A stretch of DNA of 64,000 nucleotides from Octopus vulgaris. Taxonomy: Eukaryota. Positions 27,542 through 41,269 of this stretch are shown here, piece by piece; the stretch's first letter is position 1, and each line of letters opens with the position of its first letter. The notes under the pieces were generated by a model. The model ran no database searches. It was not told the DNA's origin and saw only the letters and a program-made list of their open reading frames with translations. The stretch covers positions 69,502,001-69,566,000 of the forward strand of contig OX597833.1 of NCBI GenBank assembly GCA_951406725.2. Direction: 5' to 3'. The translations under genes were made by a program, and so were the position numbers.

Positions 27542-28261
27542 ATTATTATGAAATAAAAGACATATTGCATATGATCACATCTATAAAGTAGAAGAGATTT
27601 GAATTTGTCATATTGCCAACTGAATTATTAAATAAAACAAATATGGTGCGTGACAAGTTTAAAACAATATTTGATTTTGTTTCACCCCTGTTGCTCAAAA
27701 ACATTCTTTCTTTCTTTCGATTTAGTAATACCTGACGAAACCACGCTGGAGAAGTAACTGTCTTGAGATATTCCATTATTATTATACTAAACAAAAAAAA
27801 TGTGATAATGAGTATTATAATAAAGGTAATATAACATTTATATATATTTGAATTTCTATTTGAGTACATAGCTGATATTCCATCACGTTGGGTGCATTGG
27901 AACCACGAACATTGTCGAACAAAGAAAATATGGTTCAAAGCTACGTCCGTCATCAAAGTGTTGTGGAAACAGTAAAGCGTTTTAATCTTTAACTACGACT
28001 AAAAGGTCATTGCTTTTAATCTTGTTATTTCAACCTCTTGTGTTATTATTAAGCAACCCGATATCAAAGAAATTCGAGTGCAAAATCGCTGGTACGCAAG
28101 TCCAGGGTAAATATGTATACTTTGATAATAAAACTAATACCATCGAGGTCTTTGTGAAGTTAAATAAATATGAAATGCCGATAGTAATAAAGGGTAGAAC
28201 ACCTTCAATGTAGTAAGAATATTGTAAGTTCGATATATATATATATATGAATATATATATA

Positions 28262-28366
<105 letters not shown>

Positions 28367-28370
28367 TATA

Positions 28371-28410
<40 letters not shown>

Positions 28411-28651
28411 CGCACACTCACACATAGACATATATATACAGATATATGCATGTCTGTGTGTATGAATATATAGATACATAGTCACAAGCTCAGTATTACT
28501 ATCATGTATATATGTGTACATACCTAACTAGCAACATATATACAGACATACATACCTGTACATATGTATATATTGATGTGTGTGTGCGTGTATGCATGTA
28601 CCTGTATACGTATGTGCATTTATATGTATTTATGCATAAATCAGTATATTA

Positions 28652-28742
<91 letters not shown>

Positions 28743-29286
28743 TATTTGTACACACACACACACACATATATGTATATATATATGTATATATATGCAAAAA
28801 AGGTGGTTATATTACCTTGTGTCAGGGAACACATCCTATTTCCTCTTTCACATGAGAATATAAGACAATGTGCATGTCGCCGGCAGAGGAACGCCTCACG
28901 TCTTGCAGATAATGTCTTTTACTAATGTACATCAAAGCGGAGCTGATAAAATTAGAGAGGCAAATGGCATAAAGTGTCAAATATTATCAATCACATATTC
29001 ATATCTAGAGGCAGGGAAATCGTGTATATCTATGATATGTATACATATATATAGGTATATATGTAGTGTACTTTGATCAACGCTTTTGATATGCGTACAT
29101 TTGTGTATGCTCCATTACAGAAATAGGTAAATGCGACGGTGTTTATATATGGCGGTTCACACACAATTAAAACCTCAAATTGCCAAAGCGTCAAACGGGA
29201 AAAACGCACGAATGTATCCATATTAAATCAAGAGTCATTCAGAGCTTAATTACTCTCTTGGAAGATACTAATTATATGTGTATATA

Positions 29287-29325
<39 letters not shown>

Positions 29326-29401
29326 CTCTATATATATATGTATGTATGCATGTATGTATATATGTATGTATGTATATATGTATGTATATATATATGTATG
29401 T

Positions 29402-29436
<35 letters not shown>

Positions 29437-29464
29437 TATATAAATATATCTATCTATGTACATA

Positions 29465-29508
<44 letters not shown>

Positions 29509-30168
29509 CATATGTACATAGATAGGCAGATGGATATATGTAAAGCGGGAGAAAGTAAGGGAGTAAGATGTATATGTACAAATATATACATTAACACATG
29601 TACATATGTATGTATGTATATATGTATTCCTTTGGGTTAAAAGTTCAGAAAGAAACAACGCCCGGTCACTTAGAATGATTTTGTCAGTGAGACGTCAGAG
29701 ACTGAATGAAAACATTTCATTCATAATCGTTGTTCTGACAGAAAGTTTCAGATTATCCACAGGCAAAACTTCAAATATTCTACACATACATACACACACG
29801 CACTATACATATATATCCTCTGTCACCCACACACCCACACATTACAGAAACACACACTTACATACGCACACATCCACACGTCAAGGTCACCAGCCCCTCA
29901 TCCACACTTACACACACTCACATACACACGCACGCGGACCTTAGTCTTGGGATCACCAATACTTTATTATCTCCCTTCTTTTCAGCTCTCCTGTCTAGCT
30001 ACTTCTGTCCGCCCATCCGCCATGATTGACCGCTAGCACCTAAAGCTTTTTTATTCTCTCTCTGTTCACGAGTGTGGGCTCGAGACGTAAAAGACGTTCT
30101 CACCGTCCAATAAATTCCATATATATGTGTGAGTGTGTGTATGTATACAGAGACAGTCTGACAGATGC

Positions 30169-30214
<46 letters not shown>

Positions 30215-30822
30215 TGAGAGAGAGAGATAGATAAGATCAATAGCTACATAGATACACACACCCATATATATGTGTGTGTGCCTGTTTATACACGCTCACA
30301 CAATGCATACGCACACACACATACAGACACACATAAGCTATTTCGTTTAATTTATAAATTTTATTCGCAATGAAACAGTATGATCCACGCACGATACGCA
30401 TCTTATGTTAAAGATATTGTATCCACGTAAATATGTTTTTGAATCATGTGTATCACTCTAAAACTGTCGAAAATCAATTGGTTTCCTTCACTTGCACGTG
30501 TTTACAGATTCCCTTTCAAATATAAAATCGGAACAATTGAAAAATACAACAAAACAACAAACACAATTAGAGATGTCTAGAAATTCCAATCTATCATTCA
30601 TCACCAGCGAATGACGTATGTAGGTTATGTTTTGTAGTAAACTCTTGGCAACGATCGTAACGAATTAATGCAGGAACATGTGAAATGTGTCACCGAACGT
30701 AATTAAGAATCATCGTTTTTGTGACGAGTGTGAAAGAGAGACCGCTAAAAAAATGGATTAATTGAAGAGATAGAAAAATGGGGAAAACAATTTAAGTGAA
30801 ATGATTTATATACAGGCAATTT

Positions 30823-30964
30823 TAGGCGCAGGAGTGGCTGTGTAGTAAATAGCTTGCTTACCGACCACATGGTTCCGGGCAAATATCTTATATTTTTGCC
30901 GAAGACCGACCAAAGCATTCTGAATAGATTTATTAGATGGAAGCTGAAAGTAGCCCGTCGTATA

Positions 30965-31012
<48 letters not shown>

Positions 31013-31268
31013 TGTGTGTGTGTGTGTGTATTAAAATTATAATACATATATATATATATATAAAGTTATAATACATATATATATATACACACACATATAT
31101 ATATATGATTTATATACAGGCAATTTTCGGCGCAGGAGTCGCTGTGTAGACGGAAACTGAAAGAAGCCCGTCGCATATATGTATATATATATGTACATGT
31201 GTGTATATGTTTGTGTGTCTGTGTTTGTCCCCCACGCCATCGCTTGACAACCGATGCTGGTATGTTTG
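30823..31268 (+). mobile_element. two deleted SINE family A copies, locally duplicated
   Basis: ATGATTTATATACAGGCAATTTT.GGCGCAGGAGT occurs at ~30801 and ~31105. Confidence 0.7.
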
Positions 31269-31789
31269 ATTAATATTTCATAGGGCCGGCCTTGTCACAC
31301 GCTGTGTCACGCCGAATCTCCCTGAGAACTACGTTAAGGGAAGCACGTATCTCTGGAGTTCTCAACCACTTGTATGTTAATTTGACGAGCAAGATGTCCG
31401 GCTGATCGTATCAGCTGGGGCCCTCATCGTCATAACCGACGGAGAGCTCTTTTGATACATAATATATTCTGAAGTTACTCAGGTTTTTCATTGGTGTCGA
31501 GAGTAAAATTTTATCACATGCTTTAATTAGTTACTTTGAACATCGGTACATATGAAGTTACAAACGCTCTGTAATCAGACATATGCGAAAGAATAACATG
31601 TTAGATAAAGCTATTAAGTAACACGCCATCAAAATATTCCAGAAAACTCAACCTACGCATTGTGATGCATAAGAAAAGTTTAAACAGTGACAGGAAAATA
31701 ATAACACCTTGTATTAAATTGTTAATTTGTTGTTTGAAATTTTAATATAACTTTCAAAAATGTAACATTATGTAGAACTATTATATGTT

Positions 31790-31988
31790 TTGTTGTGTCT
31801 GGGGAGAGTCATTTTCTTTTTGTGCCTTGTTATGAAACACACTCACTGGTAAAAATTTCCACTCTTTTATTATTTTTATTGAAAAGGTTGCAAGACACAA
31901 CGAAAATTTTAGGACAATAAAAATAAGAAAAAGTGGAAATTTTACCAGTGAGGCGCAAAAAGAAAATGACTCTCCCCAGACAAAACAG
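31790..31988 (+). mobile_element. PLE-like inverted-repeat insertion with U3-A8 HHR-like motif
   Basis: Arms TGTCTGGGGAGAGTCATTTTCTTTTTG.. and ..CAAAAAGAAAATGACTCTCCCCAGACA; motif TA-TTGAAAA-G-GTTGC..ACAAC-GAAA-ATT-T-TAG at 31877-31912; same family at 60700-60836. Confidence 0.7.
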
Positions 31989-32509
31989 AATATGCTTCAA
32001 CACACGAACTCTTATAAAGAATCTTGCAAACCAAATCCAAAAACGAAATATTATCTGTTTGTATGAACAAAATGAATTCCAGGCACGTTTATGGACTGTG
32101 TATTTGGCCAGCAGTAAATATTGTAGCTGAACTATCAAGAAAATGCTCTAATGGAATTAAAAATTTTAAACTTATATGTTTTCACATCATTGTAGTCTAG
32201 CTTCATTACGTTCACAACAAAAGTTTGTTGACAAGTAATTTCAGCGATATATCATCGAGAAAATATCTCAATTCATTGCAGTCGAGTTATAAATATATAT
32301 AAATTTCTGATAAAAATCATATATTAATTTCATACAATGACTTTGTATAATCTACTACAGGCAAGAATTAATGCATTAAATTAGTTAGATAAGGGACATA
32401 GAAAAATTTGGTTTATATTACATGGCAACTAATTAATTTTCTCCAGGGATGGCTGTCACAGTTTTTAATGCTTTAATGTCATGAATACACACACACGCAT
32501 GTATATATC

Positions 32510-32620
<111 letters not shown>

Positions 32621-32683
32621 TATATTTATATATATATATACACATATATACATATATATATAAAAAATATATATATATATATA

Positions 32684-32693
32684 TCATTATTAA

Positions 32694-32735
<42 letters not shown>

Positions 32736-32854
32736 TATTATTACTTTAATTATTATTAATATTATTACTACTACTATTATTATTATTATTATTATCATCA
32801 TTATTATTATTATTATTATTATTATCATTATTATCATTATTATCATTATTATCA

Positions 32855-32885
<31 letters not shown>

Positions 32886-32920
32886 TATTATCATTATTAT
32901 CGTTATTATCATTATTATTA

Positions 32921-32963
<43 letters not shown>

Positions 32964-32982
32964 CATTGTTATTATTATTATT
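32684..32982. repeat. (ATT)n microsatellite
   Basis: Directly visible. Confidence 0.95.
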
Positions 32983-33298
32983 GCTTTTACTGGGAATTAA
33001 CTGAATCTTGCATGAAACATATTTGACATGAATGCGTAAACAATAATCAACTGCATTCTAAAAGATATTATCACCGTGATTGACTGCCTTCCTTTTTCCT
33101 AATCGATTTCACGTATTCCCACTGGACTCCATTGTAGAAGGGGAAAAAACGGTGCAGTAAATTATACGCTGTAGCCATTTTCAGTTATCAGTGGTTGAAG
33201 GGACCCCATATCACTATGGCTCTAATTAGCATGGATAATTGCACCCCTGCTGAAATTAGTTATATAACCTTCCCGAACGATATGTGTATATATATGTG

Positions 33299-33425
<127 letters not shown>

Positions 33426-34688
33426 ATGTATATATGTATGTATATATATAATTTACTGTCCTTTAATTGATGTGATCGACCGAAAACTACCAGCTATTGT
33501 GTATATTCGAATGTAAAAGTTTACTCGGACACAAAATGCTTACTCTTAGTACTTTATTGTGTTGTAACAGCATGGAACCAATAGTAGCTCGCATTTTCAT
33601 ATTATTCAGTTGTGAGTGTATATATATATATATATATATGTGAGTGTGTATATATATATGTATGTATGTATGTATGTATATATATATATGTATATATATG
33701 TATGTATGTATGTATGCATGTATATATTGCATATATATACATATGAACTCTCTCATGCACCAAATGGCAATTTCTAAAAAGCATTCGTGAAGTAAAATCA
33801 TGTAGCAACACCAAATGGCGGTGCCCCAGCATGGCCACAGCTTGTGAGCTGAAACTAGATAAAAAAATTTTTTTAATGTATGTATAAAAATATTTTTTTA
33901 ATGTATGTATATATATATTTATATATATATATATATGCACACATATGCGGTGAATATATTGTCGTCTAAATTATACAGAAATGAAAATAACACTAATATC
34001 TCATTTTAAAAGTTATATTTAACAATATTACATAGAAACATCTTGAAATACTTAAAGAAGAAAGATAGAAGAGAATGAATACGTCCAATCTTTAGAACGT
34101 CACGCAGGAAAAAAATATGGACAATTATTTATTTGTATTATTATTTAATTGAACACCACGCATCCATTTTGATGTAAGTTTATCCTAACCTTTTTTGATG
34201 CGATGCTACCCTCTATTGTTTTCTTACCCCATCCTTCACTAATTCCCTTTTTCTCCTCATCCACCCTTTTCTATCTGTGTCTCTTTCCCCACACTTTCTT
34301 TTTTTTCTCTCACGGGACCATCGTTCATATTTCTTTTCCCCACGTCACCATCTTTCTTTTCCTGCACAATTTTCTAAGGATTAAATTTTTCTGCCTCTCT
34401 TGTATCTTGTATCTTTTCAAAGAAAATATTTTCCCAGCGTTCAATATTTTCCTCTCGTTCTGGTCTAACGACCCTCAATGATTGCTTTCGTTCGGTTTCT
34501 TTGTATGTCTCTACTGTCCAATTTTTTTCACAAATTTGCACTTCAATAAATCCAAAATTTTATCTTGGAATTTATGGGAACAACTGTCTTTAAAGACACA
34601 CATTGTCGTTGAATGCTCGAAATGAGGGGTAGATAGACAGCCGACAACTGATTAAGGGTCGTTCTCTTTTTACTTGTCCTGTTTTCCA

Positions 34689-34806
34689 TTTTTTCTCTCT
34701 TTGCTTGCGTATTTAATTCGTTTGTATTCGTGCTTCGTGTTGTTTACACAGCTGGTGACGTCCTGTACACATAAATGCATTTATATATATATATACTTAT
34801 ATATTA

Positions 34807-34862
<56 letters not shown>

Positions 34863-35064
34863 TAATATATAAGTATATATATATATAAATGCATTTATGT
34901 GTACAGGACGTCACCAGCTGTGTAAACAACACGAAGCACGAATACAAACGAATTAAATACGCAAGCAAAGAGAGAAAAATATATATATATATATATCATA
35001 ATATATAAGTATATATATATATAAATGCATTTATGTGTACAGGACGTCACCAGCTGTGTAAACA

Positions 35065-35068
<4 letters not shown>
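34689..35068. repeat. inverted repeat centred on (TA)n plus a third partial copy
   Basis: 34689-34810 is the reverse complement of 34860-34980; 34996-35068 repeats 34860-34932. Confidence 0.85.
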
Positions 35069-35099
<31 letters not shown>

Positions 35100-35142
35100 C
35101 GCACACACACATACACACCCACAGTAGATAGATAGGTAGATT

Positions 35143-35223
<81 letters not shown>

Positions 35224-36182
35224 CAATTCCCGTTCATATATGTTTGCAGTAGTAACGTGTCACAGAAGTGACGGAAACTACTCCTGATTATTCGCATGAT
35301 CGATACGGATTAACAAATCATTGAAACATGTACTCACCCTTTCATGCTTTCATGCCTTTAAGTGTTATTGCCGCGTTAAGATCGCTCCGTCATTTTTGCT
35401 GTGTATGGCATATTGAAAATGTAGGATATATACAACGTCAAGTCATTCTTCTGAATGCTGGATGAACCTGAATCTTTAGGGTGTTATGTGATCAAATTTT
35501 CATTCATGAGATATTAATTAAAGTTACTCAGAACGAAGCGACCTCATCAATTTGGACATATTTCTAATACTCACACGAATGATTATTCCATGAATATTGA
35601 ATGCCATTTCAAATAAAACTTCCACAATATGCTCACTGGACCTCTGGCAAATAGCGGGATTCGGTCTTAAATAGGGAAGGAAAGTAACAGATAACGTAGT
35701 TTAACATAACCATAACAAATTGTATGATTTTGAACGGAAATACTTGATGAGAGGTTCGGCTGTTCAGAGATAAGTTAGATCTACACAAAAGCATGTTGCA
35801 CATATTAAAAGTGTTTTTTTTTATAGTAATCTCTAACATAACCACACGCTCGGCTGCCTGGCTAAGAAATTTGCTCTGAAACGGCATGGTTTCACGTTCA
35901 GCCCTACTGCGTGACACCTCATTGCCGTCTACTATATGTATGTATGGATGTATGTATGTATGTATGTATGTATGTATGTATGTATGTATGTATGTATCTA
36001 TGTATGTATGTGTGTATGTATATATATATATATATATGTATGTATGTGTGTGTGTATGTATGTACGTACTTATGTATGTATGTATGTATGTATGTGTGTA
36101 TGTATGTATGTATGTATGCATGCATGTATGCATGTATGTATATATATTATGTATAATACGTATGTGTGTATGTATACATATA

Positions 36183-36217
<35 letters not shown>

Positions 36218-36252
36218 TATATATGTGTGTGTATAAATACATACACACACGA

Positions 36253-36300
<48 letters not shown>

Positions 36301-36354
36301 TATATATGTGTGTGTATAAATACATACACACACGATTATATATATATATATATA

Positions 36355-36793
36355 ATCGTATCTTCAACAAAAATACAGCGAAATGCGAATGTATCGCACG
36401 CCATATCCAACAACGTGAAGTACTACATACACATATACGACAATAAAAACATATACACGCAATCAACGACCACAGACGTCGAACAAACAGAACAAACAAC
36501 ACAAAGTATAGCAACAATAACAAGAATAAACACAATAGGGATCACAAAATCATAGATAGCGATCCCAACATTTATAACAGGATTCAAAGAGAAACTAAAA
36601 ACAAAGAATAAAAAATCAGGCTTAAACATCAACATCACTCAGACACTGCTTATCAACCGGAACCTCAAGAAGACAGCAACAAAAAGTCACCAGATAACTA
36701 CAAAAATATTAATAGTGCAAATAATTGTAGCTGTCGTAAGAAATCTGCATGTCCGCTCAGGAGCTAATGCATACAAAAAAAGAACATCATTAA
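36355..36793 (+). pseudogene. Penelope-like element RT-thumb/linker fragment
   Basis: RIFNKNTAK, frameshift, [18 protein letters not shown], low-complexity linker, then CSCRKKSACPLRS*CIQKKNII, matching the PLE motifs IFN.NTVK.SYS..N and CNCR....CPL.G.C. Confidence 0.75.
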
Positions 36794-36930
36794 AGGTACG
36801 CGAGGCTGTGGAGTGCTTAGCTATTTTTACGTTAATTTCACGAGCAGGCTTTTCCGTTGATCGACTCAACAGGAACCCTCGTCGTCGTAAGCGATTGAAT
36901 GTCAGTTTATGCATGCATATAGATGTATGC

Positions 36931-36994
<64 letters not shown>

Positions 36995-37790
36995 CCTAAT
37001 TTGATTATTACTATTAACTAAATTATTTCATCGATTATTATTTGTTATAATTAACCATTTTGGATATATTTTCTACAAGCAGCGGTTCGTATGAAATAAA
37101 TGACTGAGAGACAGATAGTAGAATTATTGTTATAATTCCAAATAAAAGCTATTGTACAATTTGTTTTCTACTATATTTCAGCTCAGATTTATAGAGAAAA
37201 CAAGCAGAAAAAGCAGCATTACAGAAAGAAAAAGAATGTGTTTTGATTAGCTTAAGTTATGTGATCATTAAGATTGTAAACAAAACAAAATTGAGAGCAG
37301 TGTCTTCGAACGTTGTTTTCCCCCAGGTCTATACATAATGCCAGATATTTCTAATGGACCAGAATTTTAAAGAGCAGGTAATTATATTGTAAATCATTAA
37401 TGAATAAGTCCGCTGTAGATGCTGTTAGAGAGTAATATGTGTTTTTAATGGTAGATAATCATGGTAGAAACGTATGGCTTTGATCGTCGTGGTAAAATGG
37501 TTAATGGTTCTTCAAGCACTAAAGTCTTTCATTATAGGTTCGAGTTTGGTAAGAACATTTAAACTTCAGTGGAAAAATACCTTTAATCTTTTATGTGATT
37601 CAATATTAGGCAGCGGCAGCAATGCTGGCGTACTGGCTTTGATATGTTAATAATAATTTCATAATTTTTTTCAGACCATTTCTCTCATATGACAGCTGCC
37701 ATTTGTAAAGGAGAGTTGACATTTTATAATTATATTTGAAGACTGGACCTTCATCTGTCCCTTTTGGTCGAGGTCAATCGATGTTCTATA

Positions 37791-38459
37791 GGGGTAGCTG
37801 TGTGGTATGAAGTTTTCTTCCTAACCACGTGTTTAGAGTTTCAGTCCCACTGCATGGCACCTTGGGTAAATGCCTTCTACATTAGCATAGGGCCGACCAA
37901 ATTCTCACGAGTGGAATTCGTAGACTGAAACTGAAAGAATGCCGTCGTATATCTTTATATATAAAACTGAAGTTGTGTGTATGTCTGTCTTCTCCGATTT
38001 AGATTCCTAACTACTCCCACATTTTGCGGTGCAGTTTAAACAAAAGCGGGTATCTTATAATCGTGGTTCATATCGAGCCCTTCTGGGTTTTAGCGCGCAT
38101 CTACGATGAGTCTACGATTAAAAAAAAAATTACCATCATTTTTCCACATTTGTAATGTTTTTTTTGCTCGGTTTATATAAGGGAAGTAACTCTCTAAAAA
38201 TGCTTATATAGTTATTTCCCTTACAAACCCGAGCAACGCCGGGCGATACTGCTAGTATGTAAATATATATATTTGTGAGTACACCACATCCCCACTTGAC
38301 ATTCACTGTCGGTGTATCTATAACCCCGTGCTTTGGCGTTTCACGAAAATAGACTGATAGAATAAGTACCTAGGCTTAAAGATAGGTTGATCAGTTCGAC
38401 TAAAATTTCCAGGCAGCGCACCGGCATGGTCTCAGTCTAATTAATTAAACAGGTAAAAG
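37791..38459 (+). mobile_element. SINE family A interrupted by a Helitron
   Basis: Head at 37791-37950; body resumes at 38256. Confidence 0.75.
37952..38255 (+). mobile_element. non-autonomous Helitron
   Basis: 5' TCTTTATATATAAA, 3' hairpin CCCGAGCAACGCCGGG then CTAG, inserted between A and T with no TSD. Confidence 0.88.
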
Positions 38460-38554
38460 CTAACACGGTATGTATGTATGCATGAATGTATGTAAGAATG
38501 TATGTATGTATCTACATATCTATTTATCTGTCTATCTATCTATTTATCTATCTA

Positions 38555-38641
<87 letters not shown>

Positions 38642-38694
38642 TGAATTGAAGAAATGGAGTTGAACGAAGATTGAACAGAAATCGTTTTATTGCA

Positions 38695-38772
38695 TTCTAC
38701 ACGTGTTTCGAAAGGCACAATTTACCAAATTCCGATTGAATAAGGAGACCATATTGTCTTTCTCTTCAGGAA
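38695..38772 (-). ncRNA. hammerhead ribozyme-like motif (left arm)
   Basis: TTC-CTGAAGA-GAAAG...CTTTC-GAAAC-ACGT-GTA-GAA on the minus strand. Confidence 0.75.
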
Positions 38773-38890
38773 GAAATAGGAAATCCGTTGGAAAAACCAA
38801 AAACAGAACAGAGGCGGAGCAAAACAAATCGAACGGCGTTTTGCTCCGCCTCTGTTCTGTTTTTGTTTTTTCCAACGGATTTCCAATTTC

Positions 38891-38970
38891 TTCCTGAAGA
38901 GAAAGACACAATATGGTCTCCTTATTCAATCGGAATTTGGTAAATTGTGGCTTTCGAAACACGTGTAGAA
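38891..38970 (+). ncRNA. hammerhead ribozyme-like motif (right arm)
   Basis: Stem I TTC/GAA, CTGAAGA, stem II GAAAG/CTTTC, GAAAC, palindromic stem III ACACGTGT, GUA site, AATAAA 3 nt after stem I. Confidence 0.78.
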
Positions 38971-39180
38971 TGCAATAAAACGATTTCTGTTCAATCTTCG
39001 TTCAACTCCATTTCTTCAATTCACTAATAATATTAAAATTCAATTATCCGCACCAACGCATGGTTGCAACACCATATGGTTGTACCTCAAACCGTGCTGT
39101 CTTCTGCTGTGAGTTTTGCTACCAAGGTATCGGTTAAACTTTTGATTAATCTGCAACAAGATTATTCATCTTTCTATTTC

Positions 39181-39211
<31 letters not shown>

Positions 39212-39606
39212 TCTCTCTTTACTTGTTTCAGTAATTTGACTTCGGCCATGCTGGAGCACCGCCGTTAGTCGAGCAAATCGATTCCGGGATTTATTCTTTG
39301 TAAGCCCAGTACTTATTCTATCGGTCTCTTTTGCCAAACCGCTAAGTGACGGGGACGTAAACACACCAGCATCGGTTGTCAAGCAATGCTAGGGGTACAA
39401 ACACACACAAACACACACACATATACATATATGTACATATATACGACAGGCTTCTTTCAGTTTCCGTCTACCAAATTCACTCACAAGGCATTGGTCGGCC
39501 CGGGGCTATAGCAGAAGACACTTGCCCAAGATGCCACGTAGTGGGACTGAACCCGGAACCATGTGGTTGGTTCGCAAGCTACTTACACACATCCACTCCT
39601 GCGCCT
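39212..39606 (-). mobile_element. SINE family A, near full length
   Basis: Homologous to 27132-27541. Confidence 0.9.
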
Positions 39607-40964
39607 ATATCTATATATATATATATATATCTAATGAACTTCACGTGCTTGTATTATATGTATGGGAGTTTGCAGGAAGAGTACAAATAAATAAAAGCAT
39701 TCCCAGCATATTCTATTTTTGTTGTTTATTTTGTTTTCTGTTTATTAATTTTTTGTAATGTGTGCATCTCATACAAAAGCGAAAATCAAATTTTGATGCG
39801 GCGTAGTAAATTATTCTGCATATTAAACCGACATATTTGATTGAAACATCCAAGCCATACCCAACCGTTGCCTCTAGAAGGAGAGGTACGAACCAGAAAA
39901 TCGACAGAATACTAATCTAAGTTTCATAATCAGCAATGTTTATGCAGAGATAAATATTCATACGAGTTGTTTCAGTTAAGTGCGTTATGAAAACTACTTC
40001 AAGAAAATGAAAACTGATATAATGCAATATGTCGGCAAACCATTTACATTTCAATAGCTTGACAATCATGGTGATGTTTTATGCATGTATTTCCACTCAG
40101 AGTACATCTAATGGTATAATTCAATAGATTCCCCAAATTTCAATTTACAGATATATTAGTTTTTGTAATTAAAACTTATATCAAAATCATATCTATGGTT
40201 TCTGAATAGTAAATGTTGTATTTATTTTCTCGATGCATCGTATTATTCGCTTTTAGCTTTCCCATTAGCGATTTAAACATGATTTTTATTTTCACAAATA
40301 TAATTCCAATTCAGTTATATAAATTTAATTCATATAATTATTTATATATTCATTTATATTTTTCAGTTTGATAACAACATGTTTATCACAAGCATCAGTC
40401 GATCGATTATTGTGTTTGATTAAAATGTGTGAAAACGAAAGCGGAAGTTTCGACATAACTCTTAAATATATTTTTTTTAAAATCAATATACATATTACAC
40501 TGTCACCTTCAATCAAATAATCTTTACCAAAATATTCTCATGGTAACATCGAAGATCTACATGGAAAAATAAAGATAGTGTCAGCTCACCGTTTATCTAC
40601 TGTTGCGTTAAGTTATAATATACATGCATACCTGATGGTAATGATTCGAATATGACTTCAAATACTTTAAGCATTTTCGCTCTTCTAGCGTTAGATAGAA
40701 TCCGATTTTGAGTAACCGATAGTTATAGATGAAAGAATTTAGACCTTGGGAGTGATAGATATTATACACATATAGGAAGTAGTAAATAAAACGTTAAACA
40801 GAGATAGGGAAAAGGGAGTTTATAGGTGTAAAAATTTGCGAGAGCGTATGCTTTTATTCCGTTTCATCACATTAATAAACTATAAACGAAACAGTAAACA
40901 AATAGTTTTATAATACCCCCACTTTGAAATATTAATCGATTTTCAAGTTTTTAATTTTTCAATT

Positions 40965-41269
40965 ACGGAGATGTACTCGCATAGCAAGTGATTTGATCTG
41001 AAATCGTGTGCTGGAACGAAAACAATTGCAGCGTGGAAGGTGTTTGTAAGCCATTTAAGAAACACACAAAAGCCGTTCGATTCACTTCAACATTTAAGTT
41101 TAATTTGTCAAAATATTTTCGTCGCTTTAAGACCGCGACCTGTTCACTGACAAAAATCCGTGCTGACGGATTTTTGTTAGTGAACAAATTAAACTTAAAA
41201 GTTGAAGTGAATCGAACGGCTTTTGTGTGTTTCTTAAATGGCTTACAAACACCTTCCACGCTGCAATTG
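40965..41269. mobile_element. PLE-like inverted-repeat insertion with 14-bp TSD
   Basis: TSD TTAATTTTTCAATT at 40951-40964 and 41270-41283; inverted arms ~41021-41160 and ~41167-41271. Confidence 0.85.
41104..41154 (-). ncRNA. G3-C8 variant hammerhead-like motif
   Basis: TTTGTCA-GTGAACA-G-GTCGC-loop-GCGAC-GAAA-ATATT-T-TGACAAA: perfect 7-bp stem I, 5-bp stem II, palindromic stem III AATATT. Confidence 0.68.

Larger units (their letters stand above)
38640..39183. mobile_element. PLE-like head-to-head inverted repeat
   Basis: Arms 38640-38825 and 38838-39025 with a few mismatches; unique sequence continues to ~39183 (probable 3' tail); each arm carries an HHR followed by AATAAA. Confidence 0.85.

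Noticed and set aside
34595-34665. TTGTCG..CGACAA-CTGATTAA-GGG, possible permuted hammerhead
   Set aside because: Core mutated and no GAAA/stem II partner in register.
35338-35468. Minus-strand exon-like segment (CAG...GTGAGT)
   Set aside because: Stops in all three frames; unsupported without transcript data.
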